A stretch of 64,000 nt of DNA, taken from assembly GCF_036365525.1 (NCBI RefSeq), contig NC_090412.1, positions 6,924,123 to 6,988,122 on the forward strand. The letters run 5' to 3'. A program made the position numbers and the translations under genes. Shown in pieces: positions 58,060 through 64,000 of the stretch. This DNA comes from Heterodontus francisci. Its lineage: Eukaryota. A model generated the notes under the pieces. It saw only the letters and a program-made list of their open reading frames with translations. It did no database searches and was not told the DNA's origin. Position 1 is the first letter of the stretch. Each line of letters starts with the position of its first letter.

Positions 58060-61000
58060 GTAAGGAAAGGATAAGGAAGGTAAAGAGGTTTACTTAAGGA
58101 ATCACAGAATTGTTACAGCACAGAAGGAAGCCATTCAGCCCTTCATGGCTGTGCTGGCTCGCCGAAAGAGCAATTTACCTAGTGCCGCACCACGCCTTCT
58201 CCCCGTAGCCCTGCACATTCTTCCTTAAATTATTAAAAATAACCTAATAGCCAGAATTTCAGAAACTATATGCTTTAGGACCAAACATTCTATGTTCTAT
58301 AAATTCACTTCTTAATTAACAATTAGCATTTATTAAGTTCTCTTAATGTAGTGAGGTTTTGATTCGTTGAGGATCTGCAATAAGTGATTTTTTTTAAACA
58401 TCTGTCTGATTAATTCCTTTTGCTTTGAGTTATGGAGTCACTGTCAATTTTTTTTTTTACAAATTCTTATTTATAGATCCAGTTTTTTATGGGTCTGTGA
58501 GTGTGCTGTTGAGATAATGGATTGGAAATTAGTACAAAAATCCAGCAACTAACTCACAGGCTTGCAATTAAAATGGCAATGATATGGAAACTGCTACATA
58601 TTGGCTGAAGTACATGTAACACTCTCCCAGATGTGTACAGTGTCATGTTCCACACTGTTGACACACTTAGCTCCTGATTGTGAGACAGGGCGATCCGCTG
58701 AGTAAGTGCACCAGTGGGCCAGAGACAATGTGTATCTTAAAGCATGACATTGCATTGTAAGTAATGAGGGACAAAGGCATCCAGCAGGGTTTGATAAAAT
58801 GTTATCTTCCTGTCACTGTCTGAGAACCCATTTATACAGGGGAGTGTTTGTTGTCTGTTAATAAATGTAAACTTTAACAGGGCAGATTGCAGCGTTTTTT
58901 TGTAAAAAGGCGTGGGATTGATTTGAGAGAAAGGTTCTGTGTGGTTAAAGCAGAGTTTGTGCTAAACCTACAATGCATATTTTTTCAGGGTGAGGAAGGT
59001 TGGTGTTGGGGAATGAAATGCTTTGAATATTTTTAACCCAGGGCTGTGTATAACACTGGCTAGGCAGAGATTACAGTTCAACTTTAGTTCAAAAATGCCA
59101 TTTAGAATTGCAAATCCCAACTGCAGACTCAGCATGAAAAACTGTGACTGTCTGCTGCCGGGGTAAGAGCTGGATTTAAATACCAGCAGCCAGGTCACGG
59201 ACACCAGTCCCCCTGAATCCAAATTAAAACACGGCTGTGCAAAATGGCCTTGAGTATGGAGCCCAGCAATGTACATAATGCTAGGCTGAAATCAACACCG
59301 TTATTACATTGCGTTGCATTCCCCAGCACCTCAGCTAAGTGGGCCTCCCTCTGACAGCAGTGTTACGTAGTGTAAATTACTCGCAGAACCACAAGAATGT
59401 AAGAAAGAAGAAAGACTTGAATTTCTATATAACGCCTTCCACAAACTCAGGATGTCGCAAAGTGCTTTTACAGCTTTTTGAAGTGTAGTCACTGTTGAAT
59501 GAAATGCGGCAGCAAGTTTGCACACAGCAATCTCCCGCAGACAGCAGTATGATAATGACCAGATCATCTGTCAAATATTGCCCAGGACAACAGGAAGAAC
59601 TGCCCTGCTCATCTTAAAATAGTGCCATGGAATATTTTACATCTACAAAGCAGCCCGCTTGAACAGTACCCCATCCACCACCTTAAACATTCACTCCCTC
59701 CATCACCGGTGCACAGTGGCATCAGTGTGTACCAGCTACAAGATGCACTGCAGCAACTCACCAAGCCTCCTTTGACAGCACCTTCCAAACCCGTGACCTC
59801 TACCACTTAGAAGGACAAGGGCAGCGGACGCATGGGAACACCACCACCTGCAAGTTCCCCTCCTTGCCACACACCATCCTGACTTGTCGTTATATATTGT
59901 CGTTCCTTCACTGTCGCTGGGTCAAAATCCTGGAACTCCCTCCCTAACAGCACTGTGGGTGTACCCACCCCTCACGGACTGCAGCGGTTCAAGAAGGCAG
60001 CTCACCACCACCTTCGCAAGGCCAGTTAGGGATGGGCAACAAATGCTGGCCTGGCCAGTGAGGTCCACATCCCATGAAAGAATAAAAAAAAACCTGAGAG
60101 GCATCAGTTTAGGGCAGCACCTACGACAGTGCAGCACTCCCTCAGTACCTTTGATTTTTGTGCTCAAGTCCTGGAATGGGACTTAAACCCACAACTTTCT
60201 CACTCAGGAGGTGAGAGTGCTACCCACTGAGGCACAGCTGACAACTAATGTAGGTTTAATTTCTGGGTTAAAGTTGCCTGTCAGAATAGAGAAAACATGG
60301 CAAAGCCAGCTTAGCTGGTTGCTCTCTCAGTCTCTGTGATAATGGGGAAGGGCCGTATACATTGTGAGACCAGCTCCCAGCGTGGACTGTGAAGAGTGGG
60401 ACAACAATGACTGAGTTTGCTGACCTGGAACAGGTACTTAGAAGCTCAAAAATAAACCCACCTGATAACCAGTCATGTGCTGCATGCTGAGATCAGGCTG
60501 CTTCAGTTTCCTTGCATCTGTTAGGAAGGGGATTTTCTTCCTGTCATCCCATGTGGGATGCTGTTGTTTGCTGATAGCACTGTCACCTTCCGAAGGTTGT
60601 TAGTTCAAATCCCACTCCAGGACTTGAGCACAAATTTGTGATTAACTCCAGGGCAGCAGCTGAGGGAGTGCTGCACTGTTGCTGGTGCTGATGTTTTAAC
60701 GAGGTGCCCTAATTAACACCAAAAACAGGTAAACTGCTTGTTTATCGTGCTTCTTTGCATGGGATCCTGCTGTGTTCATATGGGCTGCTTTTGGTTCTTG
60801 TACACGTTTCAAACAACTTCACTGCGTGTGAAGTGTTTTGAGATTTTTTTTAACGATGAAGCACTGTATGAACGCAAAGCTCTCCTTTCGCTAGATACTA
60901 TCTCGCTAAGCAAGCTCTGTCTATTGTATGAATGGGAAATAATGTTACACAATGAGATAATACTTGGGTTAAAGGTAATTAGACTGGCGGAAGATGGGAT

Positions 61001-61290
61001 CTGGTGTTTCTGTTTACATAAACGATTAGGATTTGGGAATCAAAAGTACAATTTCAAAATTTGCAGATGACACCAAATTGGGGGACATGTGGGGGAGGGG
61101 GGGGGTATAGTTAAAACTGAAGAAGAATGCGACAAAATACAAAACAACGTTAATAAACTTGTGGAATAAGTTTGTAAATGGTAAATTAATTTCAATATAG
61201 ATAAGTGTGAGGTGATACATTTTGGTAGGAGTAAGGAGATCACGTACTCCTTGGGGAAACAAGAATATAAATGGGGCAGAGGAACAAAGG

Positions 61291-61750
61291 ATCACAGCAT
61301 CACAGAATAATACAGTGCAGAAGAGGCCCATCGAGTCTGCACCGATGCATTAAAGACACCTGACCTGTCTACCTAATCCCATTTGCCAGCACTTGGCCCA
61401 TTGCCTTGAATGTTATGACGTGCTAAGTGCTCATCCAGGTACTTTTTAAAGGATGTGAGGCAACCTGCCTCTACCACCCTCCCAGGCAGGGCATTCCAGA
61501 CCGTCACCACCCTCTGGGTAAAAAAGTTCTTCCTCAAATCCCCCTTAAACCTCCCGCCCCTCACCTTAAACTTGTGACCCCTCGTAACTGACCCTTCAAC
61601 TAAGGGGAACAGCTGCTCCCTTTCCACCCTGTCCATCCCCCTCATAATCTTGTACACCTCGATCAGGTCACCCCTCAGTCTTCTCTGCTCCAGCGAAAAC
61701 AACCCAAGCCTATCCAACCTCTCTTCATAGCTTAAATGTTCCATCCCAGG
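61291..61750 (-). mobile_element. Young CR1 3' fragment (copy of 38003-38462)
   Basis: ORF 61373-61744. Confidence 0.88.
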
Positions 61751-62788
61751 TAATAGGACACATTTAGAAATCTTTTAACAGTAATACTGCAGGTTAACAA
61801 GGCCATAAAAAAGGGCAAACCATACTCCGGGATCCTTTCTAGAGGAACAGAATTTAAAAAGTAGAGAAATTATGTTAAACTTGTACCGAACTTTGGTTAG
61901 AGCATGCTTAATTCTGGTCTCCATATTATAAAAAAGGATATAGATGAACTGGAGAAGGCGCAGAAATAATTTACAAGGATGATATCAGAGCTGTGAGTTT
62001 ATAACTACCAGGAAAAATTAAACAGACTGGTGGTTATCAGATAGTCTGCCTAAGATTTAATTCCATTGACTGCAGTGACTCTGAATATCAGCCCCTGCTT
62101 AGAACTGGCGGCTGGGCTGATACCGTCCGTTTCACTCCACCGGCCGAGACACATTTCTAGCCTTGAGGTTCTTTTCTCTGGAAAAGAGAAGGCTGAGGGG
62201 GTGACCAAACAAAGGTCTTTAAAATTATGTGAGGGGGGTTGATCTGGTCGCTGTCGGGGAGCTGTTTCCACTTGTGGGTAAAATCCAAAAGTAGCTGAGG
62301 GAGTGCTGCACGGTCTGAGGTGCCAGTATTTGGATGAAATGTTAAACCGAGTTTTGTCTACCTGTTCTACTGGTTCAAGTAGAATCAAAGATCCCACGGC
62401 ATTTTTTAACTAAAATGTCAACAAAATGTCAAATGGTCCATAGCGTCAGTACGTGCAGCGCCAGTATAATTTTCAGGAAGTCCACTGCATTTTTATTACT
62501 GTCCGAGCTCCTGTCATAAGTATAAGATAGTCACTAATAAATCCAATAAAAAATTCAGCAGAAACTTGCTACCACAGGGGGTGGTTGAGGTGACTAGTGT
62601 AGATGCATTTAAGGGGAGGCTAGATAAGCATATGATGGAAAAAGGAATAAAGGGTTATGCTGATTGGGTGTGGTAAAACAGGGTGGGAGGATTCATGTGG
62701 AGTATGAACCAGTTGGGCTGAATGGCCTGTTTTTGTACTATGAATTCAATGCAATGCCTTCAGTGAAGATGTGTCTCTTTGCCAACAG

Positions 62789-62974
62789 GAGAGGATGTCT
62801 GTGTCATTGGCTACGGGGTGTTTGGCCACACCTGTGGGCCGTCAGTGACAGCTGGGATTCTATCTGCTGTCATCACTGTGGACAACCAGCCTGTGATGCT
62901 GCAGACAACCTGTGGAGTTCACGCTGGGGCCAGTGGTGGGCCTGTCATCAGAACAAGCAATGGAGAGTTGCTGG
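62789..62974 (+). CDS. TYSND1: TYSND1 exon 3 (copy 2)
   Basis: Same sequence and splice sites as 39501-39686. Confidence 0.85.
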
Positions 62975-63105
62975 GTAGGTTGGATGTCATCGCCTAATGG
63001 TCGGAGTTTGTAGAGGACACCTTTGAATGAACTATTTGAAGCAGAATGCAAGTGTTTTTCCCGGTGTCTTGCCCAATATTTATTCCTCAATCAACATCAT
63101 TTAAA

Positions 63106-63244
63106 AAAGTTCTGAAGAAGGGTCACCGACCTGAAACGTTAACTCTGCTTCTCTCTCCACAGATGCTGCCAGACCTGCTGAGTACTTCCAGCGTTTCTTG
63201 TTTTTATTTCAGATTTCCAGCATCCGCAGTATTTTGCTTTTATT
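63106..63244 (+). mobile_element. Penelope-like fragment with hammerhead core (copy of 39818-39956)
   Basis: CTGAAGA-A-GGGTC-ACC-GACCT-GAAAC-GTT-AACTCTG. Confidence 0.65.
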
Positions 63245-63565
63245 AAAAAAAGATTATCTATTCATTTCTGTTTGTGAGATCTTGCTGTGTGCAAATTGGC
63301 TGCTGCATTTCCTACATTACAACAGTGTCCACACTTCCGAAGTACTTCCTTGGCTGTAAAGTGCTGAGGTTGTGTCAGTCTTTTATTTTTTCTTAAGTAG
63401 TTAATGCCAGGTTACCCCCTAGTTCTGCAGTACCACCATTCTCCTCCTTGCCTCCCGTGTTGGAAGTTTTTGCTGTTTTTGTGCTAATGGCATCTTTAAC
63501 ATTTCTGCTTCATTTAAATGTAGAAGCATCGTTCAGTGTCAAACTTATGTCATCTTTCCATACAG

Positions 63566-63783
63566 GGATTGTATCCAGCAATGCCCGAAACAACAGTGCA
63601 GGAGCCACCTATCCCCACCTAAACTTCAGCCTTCCTATCACAGTGCTGCAGCCTCTGCTTTCTGCCTACAACCAGACGAGGGACGTTGGGGTTTTTGAGG
63701 GCCTAAACAAAGCCAGCGATCGACTGCGTGCACTTTGGAGACTCCAGGGCAGCTTCTCATCCTCTCCAAAGAGCAAACTGTAA
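63566..63783 (+). CDS. TYSND1: TYSND1 exon 4 (copy 2, SKL)
   Basis: Same sequence as 40278-40495. Confidence 0.85.
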
Positions 63784-64000
63784 CTGAGAGGTCACGGAGG
63801 ATTTAGGTTTGACCTCTCGTTGTAGGTCCCAGAAACTGTTGGGAGATTAATTCAATAGAGTTGAAAATGACAGGAGTTCACTGGCTCCTTTATATAATGA
63901 TCTGGAATATACTTGAACTCAATATTCATAGATACCCTGATCTAAGTTAAACAGGTCCCTAAATCTTAAATCTAAGAAACAGAGGAATAATTACAAGGCA

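Larger units (their letters stand above)
50822..64000 (+). repeat. Near-identical second copy of 27550-40712 (probable haplotypic or overlap duplication)
   Basis: Collinear with offset 23272-23288; about 35-40 substitutions and small indels counted by eye. Confidence 0.97.

Overview
Vertebrate genomic DNA, very probably a shark or other chondrichthyan (HE1-type V-SINEs, SacSINE1/DeuSINE-like SINEs, many CR1/L2/RTE LINE fragments). It is not prokaryotic and has no CRISPR, rRNA or true tRNA genes. It holds a complete + strand SAR1A gene (GC/ETS promoter and non-coding exon at about 8.6-8.7 kb; six coding exons 11906-21596, 198 aa; 3' UTR to about 23.9 kb). A complete four-exon TYSND1 follows (30850-40495, 584 aa, C-terminal PTS1 SKL), matching the mammalian SAR1A-TYSND1 order. 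Next come a ~5 kb almost pure polypurine array (45213-50208) and a 13-N gap (50809-50821). After the gap, 27550-40712 is repeated at roughly 99.7% identity (50822-64000), giving a second TYSND1 that is most likely an unpurged haplotype overlap rather than a real duplication. The most interesting signals not explained by the genes are: minimal hammerhead-ribozyme motifs in Penelope-like fragments within SAR1A and TYSND1 introns; an RTE LINE with twin-priming 5'-inversion geometry and a 9-bp TSD; a SINE inserted exactly between the TIR and TSD of a hAT-type MITE; the G4/triplex-prone array; an inverted SINE pair bracketing SAR1A coding exons; a dense CCAAT cluster; and candidate minus-strand exons upstream of SAR1A. 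I found no convincing wholly new protein-coding system. Repeat family names come from pattern recognition, not database searches.
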